A stretch of DNA of 64,000 nucleotides from Bacteroidales bacterium (lineage in GTDB: Bacteria > Bacteroidota > Bacteroidia > Bacteroidales > WCHB1-69), in the NCBI GenBank assembly GCA_017651425.1, contig JAGCCZ010000019.1, forward strand, positions 336 to 64,335, read 5' to 3'. A program made the translations under genes and the position numbers. Of this stretch, positions 18,360 to 30,188 are shown piece after piece; the first letter of the stretch is position 1, and the number at the start of each line of letters is the position of its first letter. The notes beneath the pieces were generated by a model. That model had not been told where the DNA came from. It made no database searches and was given only the letters and a program-made list of their open reading frames with translations.

Positions 18360-18514
18360 AGACACAAATTAACACCATACAAGCGAAGCACAGTGTGGTG
18401 ATGCGGACAGGTGCGGTCAGGGCAAGCATCTCGGAGAGATGCAACAATTGAATGTCGATAGTATTCATATTCCCGAAATTATTATTTTTGCCTCCACTGA
18501 AAAACACCAATATC

Positions 18515-19207
18515 ATGACCGAAATAGAAGCCATCAAAGTCCGCCATTCCGTGCGGCAATACCTTGACAAACCCATTGAGGCGGAGAAAATCGAAGCCAT
18601 ACAAGCGTGCATCGACCGCTGCAACCGCGAGGGCGGCATACATCTGCAGCTGGTAACCAACGAACCCAAGGCGTTCCGCAAAGGGGTGGACTGGCCGAAA
18701 TACGGCAAATTCGGAAATGTTGAGAACTACATTGCCGTGGTGGCACCCAAAGGTAGGAGTGGGGATGTGACGGCCGGCTACTACGGCGAGAAGGTAGTGC
18801 TGCTCGTCCAAACACTTGGTCTTAACTCTTGTTGGGTCGGCTTGACATTCAAGAAGGTTAAGCAGGCCTATTCCGTGGGAGAGGGAGAGGAGTTGAAAGC
18901 CGTCATCTCCATAGGTTATGGGGCTGTGCAAGGCGTACAGCACCCGCAAAAGAAGACCATCGCCGACGTGACGGCGAACAAATCCTCAGCCGCCAGTTTC
19001 CCCGAATGGTTCGTGAATGGCGTGGAGGCCGCACTGCTCGCCCCCACGGCCGTCAACCAGCAGAAGTTCGAGTTTGTGCTGCACGACGACAACCGTGTGG
19101 AGGCCGTGGCCAAGTTCTCGCTCATCGGCTATGCGCACCTTGACCTTGGAATTGCAAAATACCACTTTGAAGTGGGTGCGGGGAAGGGGAATTTTGAGTG
19201 GTTATAA
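18515..19207 (+). CDS. Nitroreductase family protein
   Basis: Start at MTEIEAIKVRHSVRQYLDKPIE, a typical nitroreductase N-terminus. A TATTTTTG box lies ~25 nt upstream. Confidence 0.8.
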   Translation: MTEIEAIKVRHSVRQYLDKPIEAEKIEAIQACIDRCNREGGIHLQLVTNEPKAFRKGVDWPKYGKFGNVENYIAVVAPKGRSGDVTAGYYGEKVVLLVQTLGLNSCWVGLTFKKVKQAYSVGEGEELKAVISIGYGAVQGVQHPQKKTIADVTANKSSAASFPEWFVNGVEAALLAPTAVNQQKFEFVLHDDNRVEAVAKFSLIGYAHLDLGIAKYHFEVGAGKGNFEWL

Positions 19208-19293
19208 AGATGTCCACCCTGTTTTTATAAGATGAGAAATGGCCAAAGGGTTGCAGTTTCTTGAAAATAACTTCTATTTGCTATCGCAATGGG

Positions 19294-20025
19294 CTAATAG
19301 CGTGGTCTGACGGTTGAGCCCTCCGAAGTGGGACAGTTTACAACGGGATGGCAGTCGTCGGAATAGGTTCCGTAAGTGAGAGTGCTGGCGCCACTGAGTT
19401 TCACATTCAGATTAAAGCAGCACGTGACATCCGCGTTGCTGGCTCCGCTCATCTCCCCGTACACTGACTCGGCAGAGAGATAGGGAGCCTTCAGGGTGCT
19501 GGCACCACTGAGGTCAATCTCCATCTTATCCAATTTGGTGAGATCCAAACCGTCAATGAACGCCTCGGATGCGCCGGAGAGTTCGACATCCAGTTCTGCG
19601 GCATCAATACCACCTCTGAAGGTGGAAGTACCAGAGAGTTTGACACCGGCATTACGGCTATCATAATCGCCATTGCTGTAAAGATTGCCTGTAAACGACG
19701 ACGCTCCGCTAAGTTCAAGTCTGCGAAGACCGATTGTAGCCGGAATAACCGCCGTGGCTTTGCCGTTGTACCATGTGTTCGGTTTGAATCCGATTTGCAA
19801 TTCACCGTCAACGACTCTCACCACGACCCGTTCTTGAGCCAGTTCGCCCACCGTGACAACCACATCGGTCACTTGGTCGCTGACCGTCACCTCGAAAGCA
19901 TTGCTCACGTCAAGTTTTGTGTATGGGGCGTTGACGGGATAATTTCTGGTGGCAGGATTACCCCAATCTTTTGTACATCCGAAGAATAAAATGCTTATAG
20001 ACAGCATGATGAAAATGTTTTTCAT
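19294..20025 (-). CDS. Lipoprotein with DUF2807 / head GIN domain (putative adhesin-like beta-solenoid)
   Basis: 243 aa with a lipoprotein signal (ISILFFGC). Contains repeated LSGAS(T/E/N) strands. Confidence 0.65.
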   Translation of the reverse strand: MKNIFIMLSISILFFGCTKDWGNPATRNYPVNAPYTKLDVSNAFEVTVSDQVTDVVVTVGELAQERVVVRVVDGELQIGFKPNTWYNGKATAVIPATIGLRRLELSGASSFTGNLYSNGDYDSRNAGVKLSGTSTFRGGIDAAELDVELSGASEAFIDGLDLTKLDKMEIDLSGASTLKAPYLSAESVYGEMSGASNADVTCCFNLNVKLSGASTLTYGTYSDDCHPVVNCPTSEGSTVRPRY

Positions 20026-20096
20026 AATCAGATATTTTAATCGGTTAGTTTTGGCAAAGATACGATTTTTGTTTCATCACAATGACCAACGCAGCG

Positions 20097-22220
<2,124 letters not shown>

Positions 22221-22316
22221 TGTATGGTATTTTAATTTGAGGGTGCAAAGATAGTTATTTATGCTTCACCATAAATTTCATAATTCAGTGTTGTGTATCC
22301 AATCTCTTCGTTCACC

Positions 22317-22847
22317 TCAGGCGTGTGTACTGCGATAGGCTTCCAACCGTTGATTCAGCAGGTCGAGAAGTGGCTGGGGCTTCATCGACAAGCGGTAGGT
22401 GGGGATGCCCTCTTGAGCGCCTATGAGCATCTTGTTCATTTGGCGGACTGCATTCCCAGCGCTATGGGCACTTTCCAACTTTTGCGCTTCAACATTTTCT
22501 TTATAGCGGATTCCTATCAACTGCTTGGTGATATCCGTAAAGAAGAACTCCTCCACCTCAGAAAACGGAATCTCCCAACTTTTCAAGCTGTTCATCACAA
22601 CCTTGTCATCTGTTACTTCCAAAAACGGTATTTTTTTGTTTTTTTCTTTCCACCACGGAATCAAAAAAGAGAATCCGAGTCCCACACCGAAAAGCCCGAT
22701 TAACGAGGGTGTCCATCTGACACTTCCAGTCAAAGTCAGGAAACCCAACCCATAGGCTATTAATTCGCAGAGTCCGGCAACAATAAAACAAATGGCGGCA
22801 ATAACGGGGCCTCTCCCCAGAGAATGATAAATCTTGACGTTTTCCAT
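22317..22847 (-). CDS. Membrane protein, hypothetical (2 TM plus a small soluble domain)
   Basis: 176 aa with two N-terminal hydrophobic helices. Confidence 0.45.
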   Translation of the reverse strand: MENVKIYHSLGRGPVIAAICFIVAGLCELIAYGLGFLTLTGSVRWTPSLIGLFGVGLGFSFLIPWWKEKNKKIPFLEVTDDKVVMNSLKSWEIPFSEVEEFFFTDITKQLIGIRYKENVEAQKLESAHSAGNAVRQMNKMLIGAQEGIPTYRLSMKPQPLLDLLNQRLEAYRSTHA

Positions 22848-22862
22848 ATTCGTTAGTGTTTT

Positions 22863-24176
22863 TTATCGTGAAAATGTCCGATAGAACTCCCACGTGTCGC
22901 GGTGACCGTCGCGGTAGGTGAAGCTCCACTGCAGTTTCTTCTCCGTCAGCGTGTCGAGGTGAAACTTGTATTCGTAATCGATGCTGCCGCTGATGACCTT
23001 GATGATTTCCTGTGCCAGCTCTGCTTCTGGCTCACCATCAACCACCTCCATACGGAAGCTTTCCTTGATGCCGGAAAAGTAGAAATTCTCCCCTTCCAAA
23101 CGCCACTTGCTGGGGCTGAGGTAGTTGAACACATACGTCACTTTCTTGCCATTCTGAAGAGTGGCGATATAGACTTGCCGGGCGGAGTCGAGGGCGGTGC
23201 CATCGGGGTGGAAGTCCATCGTGCCGGTCTCGTACACGGCGAGGTGCACACCTTTGAGGTCATAGTTGAAGGCGTGTGCATAGCCGTAGTGTCCTTCAAC
23301 CTTCGGCGCTTTGCCATTGGGTTCCACTTCATATTCCCACCAATCCTCATCAATGGAGTACAAGAAGTCGTAATACATCCACAGAGGATCACCTACCCAA
23401 GCGTGATTATCCCAATCAAGGTAGGGTTTCCAGCCGAGATCATAATATTCCTCGCCCGGGATAAACAACCCGCACCCGCCATCCAAGCTTTTGGATTCGG
23501 GAATCCGGAAGTCGCCCCAGTTGCAGGTGAGCGTGTCGTTTGTGACAAGATCAACCCATTTGCCAGCATATTGGTTGTTGCTATATCCGTCTGCAACAAT
23601 CATCATAGCATCGTAATAAACACTGTCATTATGCACCAAATAGCCATAACTTGAGCGACCGAAAAGCCGCGCAACAGGTATTGATCCTGCGGAGGCCTCC
23701 ATCTCATAATGGGCATAGACCGTTCCGCATTCCGTCAGGTTTTTGATAAACTCATCCCCGACATCACATTCGTCAAGAGTCACCGAATCGATGAGGATGC
23801 GACCTTGGATATGGCAGATTTCATCCTTGCAGCGAGAGCGAGCTTTCATCTGATAGACCGTTGGCGAGACTTTATATACCGTGTCGAAATGGATATAAAA
23901 ACGTTGGAAATTGTCACCCCTGAAGCCCAACGGCTCCGGACGATGCAACCAACCGTCATCCATAGGTTCACCCCATTCTGCTTTCGCGGTCTCCGTCCAC
24001 CAGGAATAGACATCGTCAGTAGGCGCCGTGTCGGGGTTGATGACTGTGGTGGAGAGATCATAACGTTTCAGGAATGCTTTCTCGTGGCTTTGTGCATAGC
24101 CGGTCATCCGTCCCAGCAGCAGTATTGAAATGGCCACCGTTATTATCCGTAACCCTTTGAAGAATATTGTTTTCAT
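22863..24176 (-). CDS. Secreted hypothetical protein, paralogue of 37219..38406
   Basis: Start chosen at MKTIFFKGLRIITVAISILLLG. Shares FQRFYIHFD, DGYSNNQY and CNWGDFRIPES blocks with the lipoprotein at 37219. Confidence 0.55.
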   Translation of the reverse strand: MKTIFFKGLRIITVAISILLLGRMTGYAQSHEKAFLKRYDLSTTVINPDTAPTDDVYSWWTETAKAEWGEPMDDGWLHRPEPLGFRGDNFQRFYIHFDTVYKVSPTVYQMKARSRCKDEICHIQGRILIDSVTLDECDVGDEFIKNLTECGTVYAHYEMEASAGSIPVARLFGRSSYGYLVHNDSVYYDAMMIVADGYSNNQYAGKWVDLVTNDTLTCNWGDFRIPESKSLDGGCGLFIPGEEYYDLGWKPYLDWDNHAWVGDPLWMYYDFLYSIDEDWWEYEVEPNGKAPKVEGHYGYAHAFNYDLKGVHLAVYETGTMDFHPDGTALDSARQVYIATLQNGKKVTYVFNYLSPSKWRLEGENFYFSGIKESFRMEVVDGEPEAELAQEIIKVISGSIDYEYKFHLDTLTEKKLQWSFTYRDGHRDTWEFYRTFSR

Positions 24177-24232
24177 ACTAGCGATTCGTATTATTGATAT
24201 TGGCAGGTTCTCTATGAAAAACAACGGCAAAA

Positions 24233-24616
24233 TTACAGCTTTGCCATAAACTTAGCGCTTTCCACCACAAACCGCTCGTGGATGCCTTCGCCGACAAGTG
24301 TTTCGCCTTCGAAGCACTTCACAGAGAAGACCAGGCGGCGGCGGTCCACCTCCACCAGTTCGGCCTCGCAGCGGATGGTCGCACCCACGGGACTGGCTTT
24401 CAAGTGCTTGATGTTGACGGCGATGCCGACGGTGGTGTTGCCCTCGCCGATTTTGTCGCACACGGCCATCAGGCAGGTTTTCTCCATCAGGGCGATCATC
24501 GCGGGGGTGGCGAACACCTCCAGTGCGCCGGAGCCATAGACCGCGGCGGTGTCTTTGTGCTCCACCACCAATTGCTCTATGTGGCGGAGACCGGTAAGGT
24601 TGTTGTAATCTGTCAT
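24233..24616 (-). CDS. Hotdog-fold acyl-CoA thioesterase family protein
   Basis: 127 aa. The overall pattern (TAAVYGSGALEVFATPAMIALME...HLKASPVG) resembles thioesterase superfamily members. Confidence 0.65.
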   Translation of the reverse strand: MTDYNNLTGLRHIEQLVVEHKDTAAVYGSGALEVFATPAMIALMEKTCLMAVCDKIGEGNTTVGIAVNIKHLKASPVGATIRCEAELVEVDRRRLVFSVKCFEGETLVGEGIHERFVVESAKFMAKL

Positions 24617-24692
24617 AACAAGGTGTTTTAGGGTGCAAAAATACGCATTATTTAAAGCGTTCGCGCAATTTTCGCGGATGATCGCAAATTAT

Positions 24693-25790
24693 CTACCAGC
24701 CCATGTGATTCTCCCGACCATATTTTCCGTGAAGATCATCGAAATAATGGTCGGGATTGAGCTCGTAGGCCCGGTCAAAGCACTGGCCATACCAGAGGCT
24801 GTATCTCCCTTCTCCATGATAAAAGTCTTCCGGCGGGTTCCCGGGATGCTTTTTGACCATTTCGAACGTTTCCTCTATCATGTCACTGGCCCACGGTGAG
24901 CGATAAGCCATCAATGCGGAGAAAAAGTAACGCAAACGGGGCATGTTGTATCTTATTTCAGGATATAGTTCTGAATCTCTTATCTTCGTCAACAAGGCTT
25001 TAAATTGCTCGTGTGGCCACTCTGCGACGGCCAATAAGGCGCAATCAGTAAGATTATAGTGCTGATGGTGGTAATTTACGGCAGTCTCTTTCAAGGTCGT
25101 GTACCAGTAGTATATCCAATCGTCATTGGATAGAGTATATTTTCGCAGATTTTCCAACACATAAGCGGCATCCTCTTCTCGGTGGAATCGAGCCAATGCT
25201 ATAAGAGCGTTACCATCGTGCTCTTCAAGGTACATTCTTTTCATTCCCAAATAATATTTTTCCTCAATGGGCAATGTTTTCAGCAATTTAGCTCTTCTTT
25301 CTATATGTCTTAAATTTTCGGAAAAAAGCAAAGAGTCAACCAAGCGAAGAGAGTCGTGCTCAGAGATAAAGCTGTTTCTGAAGAGTTCTTCCAACAGGAA
25401 ATTTCCGACATTGTCATGCATAAAAACGTCAGCATAGCCAATTTCAAACATGTTTTTGTCATGGAGGAGATCGAACACCAAGGGAACGGCCAAATCGCTT
25501 TTGCGCTCTATTAAAGACATTCCGGCAACGGCTCGGACGACGGGCGAGGGATGTTTCCTTGACAGACTGTCTAAGGTTTTGTCACTGGCATGTCTTGATA
25601 GAAGTTGAGTATAGGACCAGCATTTTGGCACATTACCCCAGCCGTCAGTTCCATAATAACAAATATAATTGTATTTACGAATGCTGTCAACAGCCTCGTC
25701 TATTAAATTTCTTTCCTGTGCCTTCAATGGGCTTACACCGCAGTATAGTGTCAGGAGAAAGGCCATAAAGAGGTGGAACTTGAATTTCAT
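24693..25790 (-). CDS. Secreted hypothetical protein (helical-repeat-like)
   Basis: 365 aa with signal peptide MKFKFHLFMAFLLTLYCGVSPLKAQ. Confidence 0.45.
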   Translation of the reverse strand: MKFKFHLFMAFLLTLYCGVSPLKAQERNLIDEAVDSIRKYNYICYYGTDGWGNVPKCWSYTQLLSRHASDKTLDSLSRKHPSPVVRAVAGMSLIERKSDLAVPLVFDLLHDKNMFEIGYADVFMHDNVGNFLLEELFRNSFISEHDSLRLVDSLLFSENLRHIERRAKLLKTLPIEEKYYLGMKRMYLEEHDGNALIALARFHREEDAAYVLENLRKYTLSNDDWIYYWYTTLKETAVNYHHQHYNLTDCALLAVAEWPHEQFKALLTKIRDSELYPEIRYNMPRLRYFFSALMAYRSPWASDMIEETFEMVKKHPGNPPEDFYHGEGRYSLWYGQCFDRAYELNPDHYFDDLHGKYGRENHMGW

Positions 25791-25836
25791 AAGGGGTGTC
25801 TTATATATTTTAAATATGCAAAAATAAAATTTTTAA

Positions 25837-26298
25837 TCATACTTCGCTCACAAAGTTCACCACCGCAAAAACCAGATGGCACACCGCGAACACCGTGGCG
25901 AAGAGGACCGCTGGGAGGTTCTTCCGGTCGATGGCAAAGAGGATGAACGCCAAGCAGGGCGGAACAGTCAGCAGGAGGATGACGATGGGGGACACTTTGG
26001 CCGTGTAATACAACGCCCACCCAATGTAATAAATTGCGACGCAAACAATTGCAGTAATAATCAAGGGAGAAAAGCGAAGTTTGCTTCTGTCATTATGGAT
26101 AACGAAGCAGAGGCACGCGACGGTCAGGACTTGGAACACGGAGCCGATGGCATCCACCACCGGAGTGACCGAATCCGCGCGCAGGATGTCGTTCGGTGCG
26201 GGAACGGCGAACCAGATGAAATTGGGGAGCATCACCAGCAGGAAGAGGAGCAAGCCCCACGGGTCGAAGCCGAAACGGTATTGTTTTAGCGGTGTCAT
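25837..26298 (-). CDS. Membrane protein, hypothetical (about 5 TM)
   Basis: 153 aa, strongly hydrophobic throughout. Confidence 0.5.
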   Translation of the reverse strand: MTPLKQYRFGFDPWGLLLFLLVMLPNFIWFAVPAPNDILRADSVTPVVDAIGSVFQVLTVACLCFVIHNDRSKLRFSPLIITAIVCVAIYYIGWALYYTAKVSPIVILLLTVPPCLAFILFAIDRKNLPAVLFATVFAVCHLVFAVVNFVSEV

Positions 26299-26319
26299 AG
26301 TGTTTCGAAAATAAGTGGT

Positions 26320-27573
26320 TCAAATTTTTATATACTTCGGAAATGCCTCGTTCCGCATAATTCCCCACATCTTGTCGATATAGGAGAGGGTGTAGAACTG
26401 CTCGTAGTAATGATAGTAAAACGCCCCTTTCGTTGTCATCGAATAGATGTTGTTTTCTTTTGTAAGGAAGCCCAATTTCTGCGCCAACCAAAATTCAAAG
26501 CCATACATTTTTTTCAGCGGCACACCGAAAAACTGTTCAAACGTTCTCTCATCCAATTGCATACTGTATAGCGTCCAGAAGAGGTAATACACCATTCGTT
26601 GTCTCAGAGAGAACCTGATGGTCAATGAGGTGGGCAACTCGCCGCCGTTTATCCTTTTGCAATATTCATCAACAGAAAAGGTGTTTATTTTGAATTGATT
26701 TTTTAACAGGGTGGTGGCGGAACAGCCAAAGCCAAGGAAGTTGTCCCGTGTCATAGAAGAATATTTGGCTTCTTTCTTGTTTGAGAACGTCCAAATGGAG
26801 TCACGATAATATCTTTGTTGCTTGAAATAGGCCGTTGTTTGATCCAAAAGTTGCTTTTTTTGTTTCTTCGGCATTGGTTTCACTTCACTTTTGGTGAAAG
26901 AGAAATCAATAAACGGATAAATAGCGACGTGGTTGGCTCCGTTTCTGAAAGCGATATCCACATCCGATTTGATATCTTCGCAAGTTTGGTTGGGCAATGC
27001 AAATATAAAATCCATCGAAACAGTCTCAAACGCAACCTTGTCCAAGGCTTCTTTCAATTTGGCAGGATCCACCTGCTTTCGTCCTAAGACAGTTTGGAAT
27101 TTTTCTGAAAAAGACTGGATTCCGATACTGATTTTCGTAACACCCGCTGCCTTAAGTTTCCATAGTGTATCGACCGTCACGTTATCGGGATGCAGTTCCA
27201 CGCCAACACCTTCTGCAACAATGAAATATTCGTTAATTACCTCTATGATTTCGCCGATTCTGTCCGCCACCAAAGCCGGTGTCCCACCCCCGAAATACAA
27301 ACTGGTCGTCTCTTTCTTGCCGTCATATTGACTGCCAACCATACGTATTTCCTGAATCAGCGCATCGATATATTTATCGCATAACTCCTTGTTGTATATT
27401 GTTTTGCAATATGGGCAAAACGTGCAAATGCTTTTGCAAAAGGGAATATGGACATACAGTCCAAGTTTGTCACAATCCCCAAAAGGAAGATGACTGTCGT
27501 ACTCATTTTCAAACAGAAACGGTTTGAAAGATCGGGTGAGCCAAGTTCTGGTGAAGGTCGTAATCAAACTCAT
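26320..27573 (-). CDS. Radical SAM enzyme, HemN-like (coproporphyrinogen III oxidase family)
   Basis: CKSICTFCPYC matches CxxxCxxC. The GGGTPA motif follows. Start chosen at MSLITTF. Confidence 0.8.
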   Translation of the reverse strand: MSLITTFTRTWLTRSFKPFLFENEYDSHLPFGDCDKLGLYVHIPFCKSICTFCPYCKTIYNKELCDKYIDALIQEIRMVGSQYDGKKETTSLYFGGGTPALVADRIGEIIEVINEYFIVAEGVGVELHPDNVTVDTLWKLKAAGVTKISIGIQSFSEKFQTVLGRKQVDPAKLKEALDKVAFETVSMDFIFALPNQTCEDIKSDVDIAFRNGANHVAIYPFIDFSFTKSEVKPMPKKQKKQLLDQTTAYFKQQRYYRDSIWTFSNKKEAKYSSMTRDNFLGFGCSATTLLKNQFKINTFSVDEYCKRINGGELPTSLTIRFSLRQRMVYYLFWTLYSMQLDERTFEQFFGVPLKKMYGFEFWLAQKLGFLTKENNIYSMTTKGAFYYHYYEQFYTLSYIDKMWGIMRNEAFPKYIKI

Positions 27574-27736
27574 GGGGAAAAACAATCTTGTTCGCGGTTT
27601 TATATGTACTTTGAGTAAGTTTTCAGCGAATTGCACCTGTCGGTTATGATTATTGACCCGACGATGGGGCCTTTTTTCTTGAACAGGGCAGTTTTAATCC
27701 AGAAATTGGCAAGATACCAATAGGAAGAAGCTTTCA

Positions 27737-28354
27737 TCACAGTGTTCCGATGGTTTTCTGCAATGCCTCGAGAAACCGGGCCGCGTCGCCGCCGTCCATC
27801 TGCACGTGGTGGAACTGGAACGAGACCGGCAGCTTGGTCTTGAACCACTCTTTGCGATACTTGCCCCACATCACCATCGGGTTGAGGAACTTGTCGGTGT
27901 ATTGGTTGACGATGCAGTCGAGCTCGGTCTGGATCATCGCGGAGGTGCCGACAATCATATAGCCGTCGAGGAAGCTGCTCGCGCACTCTTCCGCCACCTT
28001 GGTGGTCAGCGCGATGTAGTCGCGGTTGAACTGCTGCAGGTCGTCGGAGAAGGGGATGTCGCAGGAGTTGATGCCGCCTTTGCGGTTGCGCACCACCACA
28101 TTGACGGCGATCTGGTCGTACTGAAACAGCTTTCCGTTCTCCGGCAGCAGATGCAGCTCTTCCGTCTCGGTAGCCGTCTTGCCGATGCACCAGCACATCA
28201 GCGTGTTGAACTTTACGCCGGTCTTCTTACTGATTTTCAGCAGATTGTTAACATTCATTGTCTTCACCAATGTCACCATCGGCATCGGTGCGCTCATCCA
28301 CATCTCAAAGGCGTACGCCCGCTTGGTATCCCGGGGGTTGATTTCTTGTTTCAT
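27737..28354 (-). CDS. Chloramphenicol O-acetyltransferase (type A CAT) family protein
   Basis: 205 aa from ATG 28354 (MKQEINPRDTKRAYAFEMW...). FHHVQMDGGDAARF matches the catalytic-His region HHxxxDGxHxxxF of CAT. The track ORF is artificially extended through the repeat. Confidence 0.75.
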   Translation of the reverse strand: MKQEINPRDTKRAYAFEMWMSAPMPMVTLVKTMNVNNLLKISKKTGVKFNTLMCWCIGKTATETEELHLLPENGKLFQYDQIAVNVVVRNRKGGINSCDIPFSDDLQQFNRDYIALTTKVAEECASSFLDGYMIVGTSAMIQTELDCIVNQYTDKFLNPMVMWGKYRKEWFKTKLPVSFQFHHVQMDGGDAARFLEALQKTIGTL

Positions 28355-28376
28355 TATGATGATAAGATTGAGGTGG

Positions 28377-28384
28377 CAAAAGTA
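28377..28384 (-). promoter_or_regulatory. Bacteroidetes-type -7 promoter box for the CAT-family gene
   Basis: TACTTTTG on the minus strand, 23 nt upstream of ATG 28354 and 13 nt from repeat R1. Confidence 0.5.
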
Positions 28385-28397
28385 AACAAAAAAACAT

Positions 28398-28463
28398 CTC
28401 CCGCAGATTACGCAGAATGACGCCGATCTTTTTCTGCGCGAGTCTGCGAGTTCTGCGGGAAAA
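28398..28463 (+). repeat. Triple-hexamer palindromic repeat, copy R1 (orientation A)
   Basis: ctcccgcagattacgcagaatgacgccgatctttttctgcgcgagtctgcgagttctgcgggaaaa. It ends 1 nt before the GNAT stop codon, and the CAT -7 box lies 13 nt to its left. Confidence 0.9.
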
Positions 28464-28464
28464 T

Positions 28465-29010
28465 CTATAACAACTCCAGCCGCAGCACCCGGATTGGTCT
28501 GCCCGCGCCCTGGTACTGCGTCTCGTCGATGCAGGTTTCGCCGGTGGGCACAAAGCCGCACTTCTCCATCACGCGGCCCGAGGCGGGGTTGTCGATGAAG
28601 TGGCCGCTGACGAGGGACTTGATCTCCGTGGTCTTGCAGATGTGGTCCAGCATCAGTCGCAGCGCTTCGGTGCAGATGCCCTGGTTCCAGTAGGGCTTGG
28701 CCACCCAGTAGCCGCAGATGGGCTCGTTTTCGCGGGCGGGAAGTTTGCAGTCGCAGGAGGGACCGTAGCCCATCGCGCCGATGGCCTCGCCGGTCTCCTT
28801 CAACTCAATGGCCCACGTACATAGCGCGTCATTGAACACCGTGCGGATAATCTCCAGGCTTTCCTCCACGCTTTGGTGCGGCGCCCATCCCGCGCGCGGA
28901 CCCACATCAGGGTCGGAGGCATATTTGTAAAGCGACTCCGCATCGCTCTCACGCCACGGACGCAGCAGGATTCGGTCGGTATGGAGGAGGTTGTTATCTT
29001 TTTTATTCAT
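28465..29010 (-). CDS. GNAT family N-acetyltransferase (RimJ/RimL-like)
   Basis: 181 aa. RILLRPWRESDAESLY...YWVAKPYWNQGICTEA is a typical GNAT pattern. Confidence 0.8.
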   Translation of the reverse strand: MNKKDNNLLHTDRILLRPWRESDAESLYKYASDPDVGPRAGWAPHQSVEESLEIIRTVFNDALCTWAIELKETGEAIGAMGYGPSCDCKLPARENEPICGYWVAKPYWNQGICTEALRLMLDHICKTTEIKSLVSGHFIDNPASGRVMEKCGFVPTGETCIDETQYQGAGRPIRVLRLELL

Positions 29011-29031
29011 TGTTAATGTTTTAACAAGTTG

Positions 29032-29421
29032 TCAGACCAAACAAACGCGATGCAACTCTTCGGAGAATCGGATAATCCCCTCTTGTATTTTCCGCACAGT
29101 TTTGACGGAAGGACGGCTTTTGCCAGTTGCATAGTGACTGAGCTGGTGACGGTTGATACCAGTGATGGTTTGCAGGTCAGCAAGGTTTAGCTTCCCGTTT
29201 ATATACTGCAAAAAACTGGCGGTGTCAAACTTGTACTCAAAGGTCATTTCCGGCAGCGAAGGGAGCATCTCCTTGGCTTCATTGTATGAGTTCTGAAGAT
29301 CTGACATCGTTTCCTCCACTGTTTTTCCCATCCCTATGAATCCGATTTTATGCTTGTGCTGCGGAACGGCGGTGAAAGTTCCGTCGTCGTTTCTCTCTAT
29401 AATAACAGTAATGTTTTCCAT
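29032..29421 (-). CDS. HicB-like antitoxin / HTH protein (no HicA partner seen)
   Basis: 129 aa. The N-terminal VIIERNDDGTFTAVPQ looks like a HicB fold. The C-terminal LADLQTITGINRHQLSHYATGKSRPS is an HTH. Confidence 0.6.
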   Translation of the reverse strand: MENITVIIERNDDGTFTAVPQHKHKIGFIGMGKTVEETMSDLQNSYNEAKEMLPSLPEMTFEYKFDTASFLQYINGKLNLADLQTITGINRHQLSHYATGKSRPSVKTVRKIQEGIIRFSEELHRVCLV

Positions 29422-29542
29422 ACTCTATGGATTGATTTAACATTGCAAAAATATACAAATGTATATTGTTTTAAATACACGAGTGGATATTTTTATCAAC
29501 AGATTTATAAACAGCAAGAGGTGCCACTATACTACAAGAAAA

Positions 29543-29608
29543 CATCCGCAGATTACGCAGAATGACGCAGACTTAGTTATGCGTTTATCAGCGAGTTCTG
29601 TGAGAAAA
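29543..29608 (+). repeat. Triple-hexamer palindromic repeat, copy R2 (orientation A, partly decayed)
   Basis: catccgcagattacgcagaatgacgcagacttagttatgcgtttatcagcgagttctgtgagaaaa. Lies 3 nt from the FMN reductase stop. Confidence 0.8.
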
Positions 29609-29611
29609 ACA

Positions 29612-30163
29612 TTATCCCAAATATTCCACGAACGCCTCCGCCTGGGCCTTCAGTGCGGCACGCTGCTCGTCGGTGAGGATCATGCGGCCCTCCGTCCATG
29701 CCTCTGCGTTGAGGGTGACACCCGTCTGTGGTTCAGCCATCACGTCAGCCTTGATGAAGGTGAGCAGTTCGGTGAGCTTCTCGCGGCACTTGCCCGTGGC
29801 CATCTGACCGCCGGCGCCGCTCAACGCCACCTTCTTGCCGTTCATGACCGTCGGCGTGGCGAAATCGTATGCCACCAAGGGGCGGGAAAGCCAATCCAGC
29901 ACGTTTTTCAGATGTCCGGGATAGCTGAAGTTGTATTCGGGGGTGAAAATCCAAAGGCCGTCGGCGTTGGCCACCGTCTCACGCAGCTTGGCCACCGCTG
30001 AGGGCGCGGGATATTCGATGTCCTGGTTGATGAACGGCAAGTCCGTGTAGTCCAAATAGGTGACTTCGGCAATGCCTGCCAAGTTCTTTTCCGCCTCTTG
30101 GGCGAGCTGCCGGTTGAAGGAGTCTTTTCTCAGCGAACCGACGATGAAGAGGATTTTTTTCAT
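29612..30163 (-). CDS. NAD(P)H-dependent FMN reductase family oxidoreductase
   Basis: 183 aa. MKKILFIVGSLRKDSFNRQLA and TPEYNFSYPG are typical of the family. Confidence 0.8.
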   Translation of the reverse strand: MKKILFIVGSLRKDSFNRQLAQEAEKNLAGIAEVTYLDYTDLPFINQDIEYPAPSAVAKLRETVANADGLWIFTPEYNFSYPGHLKNVLDWLSRPLVAYDFATPTVMNGKKVALSGAGGQMATGKCREKLTELLTFIKADVMAEPQTGVTLNAEAWTEGRMILTDEQRAALKAQAEAFVEYLG

Positions 30164-30188
30164 AAATGTGGATATTTGTATTTTTTAA

